DNA of 64,000 nucleotides. It comes from Ostrea edulis (lineage: Eukaryota). A model generated the notes under the pieces. It did not search any database, had not been told where the DNA came from, and saw only the letters and a list, made by a program, of their open reading frames with translations. The stretch's first letter is position 1. Each line of letters begins with the position of its first letter. The stretch is taken from positions 30,814,001-30,878,000 of the forward strand of contig NC_079168.1 of assembly GCF_947568905.1 (NCBI RefSeq). Reading direction: 5' to 3'. This document shows, one piece after another, positions 45,128-55,265 of this stretch. The translations under genes and the position numbers were made by a program.

Positions 45128-46084
45128 TTAGGCTCTGATATAGGAATTAAATGCGTCAGATTTCCATCTGCCTCTAGCCTTAATTTCATCTTCGGGGATT
45201 CCTTGTAAAAACAAATGGGTAGTTCCACCTATTCTGAATGAATGAGACTTAAAAATAGAGGTATCTAAACCGATAAATTCAATAGACCTGTGCAATAATG
45301 ATGTAAATTGATATCTAGTGAGCGGTTTGGCGTTAAGGTGGCAGAAAAATGGGCCACGTGATTGGGGTCTAATGGACAAAAAGTTGTGCAAGTGCTTGAA
45401 CAATGAATCTGTTTGGGAGTTCAGTGGAATGTGCAAAGTAGAACCCTTATTGTATTGATCCGTTTTTGAACCAGTTATAAACAACGAAATATGTTCATCG
45501 CCTATTGATACGTCATTGTACAACAGTGTAGGAGTGGCATGACTAGTGAAGGTAATTTCGCCAACCCGCAACAATGCAAAAAATGCCAACTGAAAAGCGG
45601 TGGAAAACATAGTGGCTTCGTATGAGCTTGAACAAACTACAGGCAGGATAGGTATTAACTGGTTCAGTATACGAAGAGTGATAGGGGAACGGGTATCCTT
45701 TGCTGGGTTCAGCCTATGGAATCCCTCTAGCATTTTCCTTACTATGAATGCCCTAGTATTGTCAATACCGCCCTCTAACTGAATTTTGTAACTAATGCCA
45801 CTTAGGTAACACCTAGCGGTTGAAAACGATACTTTGTTGGCACTCAAGAAAGCAATATAGTTAATAAACTGGTCAACTGGTGGGGGCCAACATAACTGCA
45901 ATTTATATTTGATACGAAAGTTCAGAAAAGAGTTTAGGGCTTTTTGATAAGTTGATGCTGTGTTTTTTGCTATGGCGGCGTCAAGCAAACAATCTACTTG
46001 AGGTCTAAAAGAGTCAATAATGCCGGAGGTATGAGGGCTGGATTCTTGTCTGCATGTGGAGCGAGGGTCCTGAATTTTTCCCAC
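45128..46084 (-). CDS. Tyrosine recombinase
   Basis: Catalytic set LRVGE (R), SKTDQ (K), HSFR, GRW, SYIR (Y) all present. Confidence 0.92.
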   Translation of the reverse strand: MGKIQDPRSTCRQESSPHTSGIIDSFRPQVDCLLDAAIAKNTASTYQKALNSFLNFRIKYKLQLCWPPPVDQFINYIAFLSANKVSFSTARCYLSGISYKIQLEGGIDNTRAFIVRKMLEGFHRLNPAKDTRSPITLRILNQLIPILPVVCSSSYEATMFSTAFQLAFFALLRVGEITFTSHATPTLLYNDVSIGDEHISLFITGSKTDQYNKGSTLHIPLNSQTDSLFKHLHNFLSIRPQSRGPFFCHLNAKPLTRYQFTSLLHRSIEFIGLDTSIFKSHSFRIGGTTHLFLQGIPEDEIKARGRWKSDAFNSYIRA

Positions 46085-47898
46085 TGAAATCGAGAAATAG
46101 AGTCTGCAATGGAATTTTTATAGCCCGATATATGAGTGGATTTAATCTGGATGTTGTACTTCAGGCATAACAATATTAGTGGCCTTAAGAGAGACATGAC
46201 GCGCTGAGACTTACTAGACTGAGAATTTAGTATGTGTACCAAAGCTATGTTGTCGGTGTTTATAAGCAATTTCTTTGCTTTAAAATGATCAGCCCAGACC
46301 CAAATAGCTAATAAGATGGGAACTAGCTCTAAAAAAGTAATATCCCGTCGTACCTCGTTACCCCATGAAGATGGCCAGGAAATTACTGCCCAATGATTCT
46401 GAAAAATTGCACCTCCGCCGTAGGATCCGCAACTATCGGTAAAGAGGTTAAGGGCCTGGTTAGTAGACCAATGTAATTCTGGAAAGGGGGAATACCCATT
46501 GTAATGCTCGAGAAAATTGAGCCAAACATTTGCGTCGTCTCTGATTGCTTGTGTAACTTTGATTAGAAAGTAAAGTTTCCGTATGCCAATGGTGGAGTTA
46601 TAGAATCTGCGGTTAAATGCCCTGCTGCCTGGAATGGCTTTAGCAAAGAAATTGAGGGAGCCGCATAATGATTGCATTTCGTTAAGGGTAACCTTTTTTA
46701 AAGCGACTAACGCATGAAGTTTGGACTGAAGTTCTTGAATCTTATTGTCTGGTATAAAAATGGTCTGTGTTACCGTATCGATTCCCAGACCTAAAAAACA
46801 CAATCGTGTGGTCGGGCCTTGTGTTTTTTTATGGTTTATTGGAACGCCTAATTCCTCACAAGTTGCCTGAAAATTATTGGCAATATCTAAACATTGTGAA
46901 GTATTTTGTTTACCAACGAACAAGAAATCGTCAAGGTAATGGGTGAGATTTTGATTGAGTGCCTTTCGGCCTACTAGCCAATGGAGGAATGATGAAAATT
47001 TTTCGAATGTTGAACAAGCGATGGCACACCCAAACGGCATACACATATCAAAGTAATATTGGTCTCGAATACACATGCCTAATAAAGCAAAATCTGATGG
47101 ATGAATTGGCAAAAGTCTGAATGCACTAGACAAGTCCATCTGGCAAAGTAACGCCCCTTTACCCGAGGTTTGTATTAAGGAAATTGCCTGGTCGAATGAA
47201 GCATAGTGAACTGAACACAAAATGGGGTCAATATGCTCATTAACGCTAATACCTACAGGTGCCGATAGATTTGAAATTAACCTCCAACCCCCGTCTTTCT
47301 TAGGCAAAACGCCTATAGGGTTACAACGGAAATTGGGGAAAGGGGGGTTGGAAAAAGGTCCAGCTATACGTCCTAATGCGATTTCTTTTTCAATAATAGT
47401 CAATAACTGATTTGCATGCTCGCTTGCTGATTTCATGTTTTTCGGATGTAGGTAAACTGTAGGACCCGAGTAGTTCAAATAAAATCCGAAAGAGAAACCG
47501 TTAAGCAAAAATTGGGCATCTTCGGTATTTGGATATAGTGCTAAATATTTCGCAAGTACTGGGCGCTTAATTGGAGTTGAACCTAGGTTGATTAAATCTC
47601 GTCCGCTGTGGTTGAAAAGAATGTTTTGGTTTGTAATTTCGAAAATCGTTACTTTGTGGGGGATAGTTTTGAGCCGTGTTTGGACGAGGGGGAGTTGGGG
47701 TAGTAGACTTGGATTGAGGAGAGTTGAATGACCAACAGTGTATGCGGGGATGAGACTTGTTGCAGTGCATACAAACATGTTGGAATGTGCAGTGTGGTTT
47801 AAGGCATGAACCTTTAAAATTATAATCGAAACACTTGAATGCAGTTTTTGAGTGATTTGATGAGTAGGAGACCTGTGATTGCATAATACATGAGCCAT
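45994..47898 (-). CDS. Reverse transcriptase/RNase H (DIRS-type, no methyltransferase domain); true start uncertain
   Basis: PKKDGGWRLISNLS, MDLSSAFR, MPFGC, YLDDF; RNase H FTDSCG, LELVPI, NTDN, NSIADSISR. Confidence 0.92.
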   Translation of the reverse strand: MAHVLCNHRSPTHQITQKLHSSVSIIILKVHALNHTAHSNMFVCTATSLIPAYTVGHSTLLNPSLLPQLPLVQTRLKTIPHKVTIFEITNQNILFNHSGRDLINLGSTPIKRPVLAKYLALYPNTEDAQFLLNGFSFGFYLNYSGPTVYLHPKNMKSASEHANQLLTIIEKEIALGRIAGPFSNPPFPNFRCNPIGVLPKKDGGWRLISNLSAPVGISVNEHIDPILCSVHYASFDQAISLIQTSGKGALLCQMDLSSAFRLLPIHPSDFALLGMCIRDQYYFDMCMPFGCAIACSTFEKFSSFLHWLVGRKALNQNLTHYLDDFLFVGKQNTSQCLDIANNFQATCEELGVPINHKKTQGPTTRLCFLGLGIDTVTQTIFIPDNKIQELQSKLHALVALKKVTLNEMQSLCGSLNFFAKAIPGSRAFNRRFYNSTIGIRKLYFLIKVTQAIRDDANVWLNFLEHYNGYSPFPELHWSTNQALNLFTDSCGSYGGGAIFQNHWAVISWPSSWGNEVRRDITFLELVPILLAIWVWADHFKAKKLLINTDNIALVHILNSQSSKSQRVMSLLRPLILLCLKYNIQIKSTHISGYKNSIADSISRFQWEKFRTLAPHADKNPALIPPALLTLLDLK

Positions 47899-48552
47899 AA
47901 CTCAGCATCAATGGAACCAAAGGAGATAGTGGGATTTTTTGAGATTTTTAGCCTGAACTGCCTATCGTACTCGAGCCAGTTACAATTTGTTTGGCGGCCA
48001 TGTGCCATGCGAATGGTATGGATATATTTCAAGATGGCCTGGATGTCGGAAGGGTGCCTAGCGAGATATATACTTGCGAATATTAAAAACGCATCGATCC
48101 AGTTATCGATCGTGGCAATTTTAATATGTTTGACCTTGGGTTGTGCAACTAATTGACCCTCTATGATTGAAAATTTGTGAATCGAGAAGTTTTGACAAAT
48201 CAACATATTGTTTTGCCCAAATTTTATCTTTGATGGCTTGAGGGACGTGAACCCCAAGCTCATCAGTGATGCTTATAAGAGGATTTTCACCTGTTATGTA
48301 GGGTGTCTCAGGTGCTGCTGGTGGCTGTGTGGATACAGTTGCTTCCGTGATGAGGCTGGGAGGCTGCCTTAGTGGTTGAGCGAGAGGCGTGTCCTCTATC
48401 TGGTTCTCCACTTGGGGTTGGGTTGTCGAACGGGGTTGAGTCTGGGCAATAATTGCAGGGGTCGAAGTCCGTGTGGGCAATGAACGAAGTGCAGGGTGTT
48501 GTGCCGGTCTGGCATAAGGTGATTTGGAAGGGCGTTTCGTACGTCGCAACAT
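47567..48552 (-). pseudogene. gag-like ORF1 of the YR element, broken by two frameshifts
   Basis: LGVHVPQAIKDKIWAKQYVDLSKLL / WIDAFLIFASIY..WLEYDRQFR..LW / CFDYN..C..PHC.FQHVC..C...H across three frames. Confidence 0.8.
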
Positions 48553-48881
48553 TTTCGCAAATTATATATGTGTTTACTTTACCCAAATATGTTGGAAGTC
48601 AGTCGAGGACGGGCGATGGTGTTGAATTGGATTTCGTGATCGAGACAATTTGTATTTTCGTCGACATGGAACTCAAAAAGAACTAGCAATTCGCGCTTGC
48701 GCAGTAGATATACGCGGGTTAGAAAAGGGAAAGTGTCACGATAGGTGTTTGGGGGGATAGTGTCAAAACCGCGCAATTCTATCGAATGCGAGAGTTATGT
48801 TTCTTTGCCTGGACAAATACATGTTCTGTTCATTTCAATAACTGGACTTAACTCATAGTGAGTTAAGTCGGATTAACTCAA

Positions 48882-49240
48882 ATAAAGAGAGGATACGCAC
48901 ATCAGTTTATTGCTCGGACAAGAGAGACGAGAACATCAATGTGGTGGAAATATTGCTCGAAAAATTAATTTAGAGCTCGATATAAATGATTTAGTGCGCG
49001 CATCAATTCTTTTAAAGTTGTTGAATCAATTCATTTAACGAGAGCAACAATTAATTGATTTATAGCGCGCAGCAATTCATCAGAATAATTTAATGCTATC
49101 ATCAATTCAATTTAATGCGCGCAATAATTCAGATTTGAAGATATCATTAATTATTAAAAGAGATCATAAACTGAATTCTTGTGCGCATTCATGATCAAAT
49201 GAATTGATGATATCTTCAAGCAACTAAAGCCGATATCTTT
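48882..49240. repeat. Degenerate interspersed repeat rich in GCGCGCATCAATT/GAGAGC motifs (target of the YR and Polinton insertions)
   Basis: The same motif family appears at 43838-43881 on the other side of the YR element. Confidence 0.55.
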
Positions 49241-49929
49241 ATTTTTTGAGTTTATGTTAATTTGGTGTTCCATGTATTCTATACTTTCTATTGCATTACA
49301 AGCGATACTTTTTTCAACAGTCACGTGGTGTTGTCCATTGTCAACTGTATCTGTTTAGCTATCGTTTTCTCTTAGTGATTGTTTCATTAATGAAAAGAAA
49401 AAGGTCAAGATATTGAACATTGATCAAAAATCCTATAAAGAATACAAAATTGTGGACAGAGAAAACAACGAAACACGGACCCCCGGAATCCCAATTTTGT
49501 CACTGAAATGACAATCGGAACTAAGAAATCCCCCCCCCCTCCAAAAAATAAAGAAGTTACAAAAATTATACTTCTTGTACATACAAATTAGTGATGGCTA
49601 AAGACGAATCTGCTCCGATATCTGATTGTTGCAATCGAACATCATAACACAAAAACACGAGTTACTAGATTACATTTCTGGTGTTTGGTAGCGGAAGGCA
49701 ATTTGAAAATCACTCACAGCATCGTGTAGCTGCAATAATGTAGCCCCCTCCCATTTTTAAATTTTTTTTTTTTTTTTTTTTTTTTTGTATTATTTTGTTT
49801 TAAGGAAACGTCAGAATAAAACAAAATCGGAGAGGGTTACATTATTGCAGCTTAGCATCGTGTGTATGATATGTACATGTATGTGGATATTTACTCAGTT
49901 GGTTTGGTTTGAGATTTTTTTCCGGGTTA

Positions 49930-50461
49930 AACTATAGTGTACAACAATCGACCGCTATCGTAAATAATGATATGTGCATCCAATCTGCGTTTAAAGTCAC
50001 TGCTGGGCCGTTGCGTTTTATGTGTTTTGTTCCACATTTCCTGCAATCAAACGATATTTCTTGATAAATTTCGATGAAAATTGCTTTTGAGTTTTCAAAT
50101 CTGGAGTTTTCATTCCAAGAATGATATTGTTTTGAGTATGTTTTCTTTAAAGCATGAAGTTTTTTCTTCTTCATTGATGGTTTTTATTTGCTCTCTGGAT
50201 TATTCATTTGCCTTCTCGTAGTATTGAGTCTTTCTTTCACACTCGACAAGTAAGCTCCACAGACAATTCTGTCTCTGGTGATCTCGATTGTTTTTCAAAT
50301 TCACAGTCCTTTCCTAGTATTTTTAGTTCTGCATGTGACATACTGGTCAATACATTCACTGGATCCTTGTGTCCGAGTGTTAAATCTGTGTCTTGTGATA
50401 ATTATATGTTTGTTTATGGAATGCAGAAATCTACCTTAACGAGGATATCGAGTTTGTCTTG

Positions 50462-50501
<40 letters not shown>

Positions 50502-51045
50502 TTTGAAAGAAAATGTTTTGTAGATTTCTCTCCCCTCTTAAACTTAATGCAAATTTGCATTTAAATTTTGGTTTTGTCTGCAAGTGCCACGTCTAGGTAT
50601 TATAAGTTCATCGTTTGCTTCCATCTCTTCTATTTTTCAGAGAGGTTTGCTTCATGTGAGAAGTCCATTTCTGGGGGTTTCTTGAAATGACTCTTCTTCT
50701 TCCAATTGCTGGCCTCCTTCAACTCATTGAATATTCTGCCAGTTTGTGAGTGTACGTATGTGGTTAAAAAACAGGGTAAAAACAGTCTATTTAGTGGTGG
50801 AAAAGATTGTTCACTTGTTGAGATTTGAACATCTCAAGTGATGCTGCTGAGGTGATATCCGGAGGTAGGTTGTTCCAGTTCCGTACCGTGTTGATGAAGA
50901 ATGACCATTTCCTGCAGTCCTTCCTCGCTGATGGTAATACGAGTATATGGTGTTGTGAAGTGTTGACTCTCAGCCATTTTTAATACGAAATGAAACTGAT
51001 GAATTCTCCGATACATGTATGTCAGTCACAGTACTTCTGACACCA
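49930..51045 (-). mobile_element. Decayed Ty3/Gypsy gag region with PBS
   Basis: PBS TGGTGTCAGAAGT (51033-51045) after ..ACA; removing the nested LINE gives MAESHFKKPPEMDFSHEANLSEK*KRWKQ; later frames RHRFNTRTQG..CIDQYV, LGKDCEF, EITRDRIVCG, CRKCG..H. Confidence 0.75.
50695..50963 (-). mobile_element. 5'-truncated LINE inserted in the Gypsy gag
   Basis: ORF2 C-terminus RKWSFFINTVRNWNNLPPDITSAASLEMFK, (GAA)n tail, 7-bp TSD TGACTCT (50688-50694 and 50964-50970). Confidence 0.75.
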
Positions 51046-52535
51046 TGTTGTATTTCCATTGTATATGAATGGATATGTCAGACAAAAACTATTATACTTT
51101 AGTAACAACTATTCTAGACTAATTCTAACAAGCATGTGCTAAGCATCGTACAAGCAAAATATTACACAAAATCCCTAGGTTCTTTTTCAAAGAACACGTG
51201 CAGATGTAGGCGGGTTTTTGTTTTTTTTTTCAGAGAGTAATCAGATCACTACAAAGTAGAAGATATTTTAAAAGTTTTCAGACAGACAGGCGGACAGACG
51301 ACGAGCGAAGCCTTTGGCCCAGGTGAGCTAAAAAAGCGACTCTATAATTATAGACTCGTGCGGGTTTGGAGAAACCCCCCAAATAGAAATCTTTTGTAGA
51401 ACGAGGAAGAAAAGGCATTGATTCGAAACTGGCTGATGTTTCTCTTTTGATGCAAGGGTCCCTTTGACATGCTAGATGTTTACTTCAAGTAGGCCTACTT
51501 GTCATCACCAGATATTATTGTGCGATAGAAGAGTTGTTCCTGTTAAAGTTTAGGGTATGTAAAGAAATTTTGGAAAACTTTGCGACATAAACAGCGACGC
51601 TTTGGGACATGTCGATTGTCATGTTTATTTATATCATTGGTTCATTCACACCGCGTTACAGGCCTAGTACTAGTACTTTTTGTATGTTGCCTGTGTAATA
51701 TTGCCTGCAATTGCCGGTTCCTGTGCCGTGACGTTAGGGCCCAGTCTTAGCTATAGACCACCGTCTGTCCAAGACGTAGTAAATTATCCGACGCAGATAC
51801 AGAAATGTACCCCTGGTTGGGGGTGTGTAAGAATCTGAAAATTTAACAAATTGGAAGGGGGTGGGTTCGGACACAGCCTCCCGACGTGTGGATTGCGTGT
51901 ATAAATCTTCTGTACACCCCCCCCCCTTTCTAGACCCAATGTCAATGAAAAAATATAGAACCAATAATTCATCCAAAATATGTTATTTCCCCACCGATCA
52001 CCCTCCTAAGTTGATCTGAATAGTCAGTTTCGTCTTTTTGTAAGCTTTTGAGATGAATACTTGTGAGATAACAATTTTATGTAAAGGTGCGCAACAAAAT
52101 CATGCAAACAAACAGGGCTACCCGCTCCGAGACGTATAAACAGCTTTCCCAATGGAAATTCTGTGAATATCTCATCAGGGTAGTGTAGTTCTACTTATAA
52201 TGTCTATTATCCAAATCTCATGCCATCAGCTTTATTTGTTGTATTCTGTCGTTTATTTCACCTGACTTGAGTTTTTACGTCTGTTGACAGCCCTAAAGGA
52301 GGCTGCGGTGACATAATTTTTTGGGATTTTTCTGTCTTGCATTGCTGCAACGTAATTGATTGTGATATCACTATATATTTGCTATGATTTCTGTAACAGA
52401 GTGAAGTAAAATATTTTGTATTTCTTTTCTTTAAATTTCAATCTGATATAATTGATAGCTTTTGATGGACATCCTTGGGTTTGTTTTTTTTTGGGGGGGG
52501 GGGGGGGGTTCCGGCTATACTCTTTCTGCCTATCT

Positions 52536-53100
52536 AATAATGATAATAATAATAGCCTTTATTTATCCAGGATAACACAAATTAGCATATACCTAGTTTA
52601 CATTGTGGTCCTGCAGTAAAACATATACACAAACATAAAATTAACATCTAAAATTAGTATCAAAACATGAATACGATATAAAAGGAAAAGGGAGAAAATA
52701 TAGCATAAGACACACCTAATTAGTGATAGAATTATTACCTAAATATGAATACATGACATAAAAGGAAAGAGGGAAAAATAGCATAAGACACACGCACACA
52801 CAGTGCCATATCACAACTACATTTGGCACACCTGAACAAAAAGAGGAAAGCACGATGTTTAAGTGCTACTTCTTTGAAAATATTCCATCAAATACACAGC
52901 TTTAAAAATGCCAACTGAACCAGAGCTTCGAACATTTTGAGACAGTTTGTTCCAAAGGAATGCAGAAGAGTAGCTGTATGAACGTTTATAATTTTCAGTT
53001 TTAGCTCTTGGTAAAATATAATAAATTAGACATATAATCATTTGACCTGGTTCGGCGGCAACTCACATCTCTTGTATATTTAAACACGTTTAGGTAATTT
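52536..53100 (-). mobile_element. 5'-truncated CR1/L2-type LINE
   Basis: ORF2 end LPRAKTENYKRSYSYSSAFLWNKLSQNVRSSGSVGIFK; (TTA)n-like tail near 52536-52553. Confidence 0.7.
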
Positions 53101-53283
53101 GGCATTTGATTATTTAAAACTTTGAACAGAAAGACAACCTTTCTAAACATAAAATAATCCTTAATTGGCATCCAGTTCAAACAAGAAAATTAGCTTTTGC
53201 ATAAGTTCAGATGAGGATTTTGAATTTTCTTAATTAAAAGCTCCTGAATTTATGCACGAAACTGTGGGTGAAATGTGAGAAAA

Positions 53284-53450
53284 ATAATCCTTCATTATTT
53301 ATTCGTGTGGGATAGGGAAATTCCACCTCTGGAACAAGATTCACTGTTGACTCCGAATGACTCGGCAAAGCCTCGTCCTAGACTGCGAATCTTGTCCCCT
53401 CGGTGGAATTTCCCTATCTCACACTCGTACTAATGAAGGATTCTATTAAT
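53284..53450. mobile_element. Palindromic non-autonomous element, with a second copy at about 54706-54868 inside an old local duplication
   Basis: ataatccttcatt..gggatagggaaattccacc..ctcggcaaagcctcg..ggtggaatttccctat..aatgaaggatt; flanks of both copies are also homologous. Confidence 0.6.
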
Positions 53451-54869
53451 CTCACAATGGTAGTACATGTATGGAGAGAAATCTCACATTGATACTCTAA
53501 ATCACATTGATAGTAAGGGGAGAAAACTATCTCACATTGTTATTAAGGGGTGAAGACTCTATCTCACATTAATATTAAAGACCCAGTTTTAAGTTAACAC
53601 CCCCAAATTGTAAGCCGCCTGTCAATCAAACATTTAACAATAGCTCTCAGTTGCAGTGACATCTGCAGAAACAGTGGTCTGGAGGGACCCCAGAGAGGTG
53701 TTTTGATAACAATAATAGCCAGTACCTACAGACATTCTTTGGATCTTGAAGACCTGTATTCTAGAGTTTTTATAGCATTGGCATGTCCACAACTGCCATT
53801 TTCTTGCAATTCAATTGTTTTTAAAAAGAACCTTGAACAATACAATTTTAATATAATTGCACCCCCCCCCCTCTATATATACATGTATTATAAATCACAC
53901 AATCAGAAATCAAACAATAGTTTGCACATTAATTTCTAAAACTTGTAACTTATTGTGAAATAATTAATATGTTATCAATTTACATGTATGATACATCTAC
54001 ATTTATAACAGAAATTATTCATCGAGTCAAAGACTGAGAGTAAGAGAAAGAGGGGATGGGTGTAGAATATGTGTCAGCTACCCTTAGGAATGCAACTATT
54101 ATTCAAACACTATGACCACAGAAACTCTGCAGAGGGTCATGAGACAGGTCCTGTGTATATCAAAACTATACACAACACCCTGATGTCTTAGCAAAGTAAA
54201 TTCCAGGTAAATAACAATGACCATAGATGAGCTCTGTCCACATCCAGTGATCCGTGAAGAAACTGTATGGTATTTTTGTTGGATCTTTAAGAGGAGAAAA
54301 CTCTATCTCACATTAATATCAAGGGGAGAAAACTCTTTCTCACATTTTCAGTAGTGTGAGATCGACTTTACCCATGTGAGACAGCCATGTGAGATTTTTC
54401 TGTCTCACACTGCTGCGACGTCATTTGATTGTGACATCATATATTTTCTATGATTTACATTACACAGTGAAGTAAAAATATTTTGAATTGTTATCTTTAA
54501 ATTTTATTGTATATATAGCTTTCTGGTGGACAACCTTGGGTTTTTTTTAGTTTACACTTACTGTACAGTGTAAACCATTTTCGGGTATGCTCTTTCTGCC
54601 TATCTAATTAGTTTTTGAATTAAAGTCCAAATGAGGATTTTGCTAATTTAGAATTTTCTCAAAGCTCAAAAAGTTATGCACTAAACTGTACATAAAATGT
54701 GAGAAAAATAATCCTTCATTATTTACTTGTGTAGGATAGGGAAATTCCACCTCTGGAACAAGATTCGCTGTCTAGGACTCAGCAAAGCTTCGTCCTAGAC
54801 TGCGAATTTTGTCCCCTCATTGGAATTTCCCTACCCCACACTCATACTAATGAAGGATTCTATTAATCT

Positions 54870-55090
54870 CATATTGATATTAAGGGGAGAAAACTCTATC
54901 TCACATTGATATCATGGGAAGAAAACTATCTTACATTGATATTAAGGGGAGAAAACTCTATCTCACATTGATATCAAGGGGAGAAAACTATCTCACATTG
55001 ATTTAAAGGGGAGAAAACTCTATCTCACATTGATATTATGGGGAGAAAACTATCTCACATTGATATTAAGGGGAGAAAACTCTATCTTAT
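54870..55090. repeat. About 31-bp tandem repeat (CTATCTCACATTGATATTAAGGGGAGAAAA-like)
   Basis: About 7 units; related units at 53470-53580 and 54290-54345. Confidence 0.85.
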
Positions 55091-55265
55091 TTATGTATAA
55101 AAACTCTATCCTGTAATGATTGAACAGTTAGTTTTAAAGTGTTTCCAAATCAACGAGGATACACACCATATTGTATATTGGCTTTACAAATAGTAATCTA
55201 GAATAAAGGAACAATATAGTTGTACAATACTATTGCGTGATTTTTTCACAGGTACTGGTATCAGA

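Larger units (their letters stand above)
43882..48881 (-). mobile_element. DIRS/Ngaro-type tyrosine-recombinase retrotransposon, 5.0 kb
   Basis: gag, RT/RNaseH, YR and SGNH ORFs; flanked by the direct repeat ATTAACTCAA at 43872-43881 and 48872-48881. Confidence 0.88.

Noticed and set aside
43882-48881. Ngaro-type split direct repeats
   Set aside because: No A1/A2 or B1/B2 repeats were detected by eye, so the subfamily is left open.
50834-51016. 60-aa ORF MYRRIH...MAESQHFTTPY as a gene
   Set aside because: Chimeric frame across the Gypsy/LINE junction.
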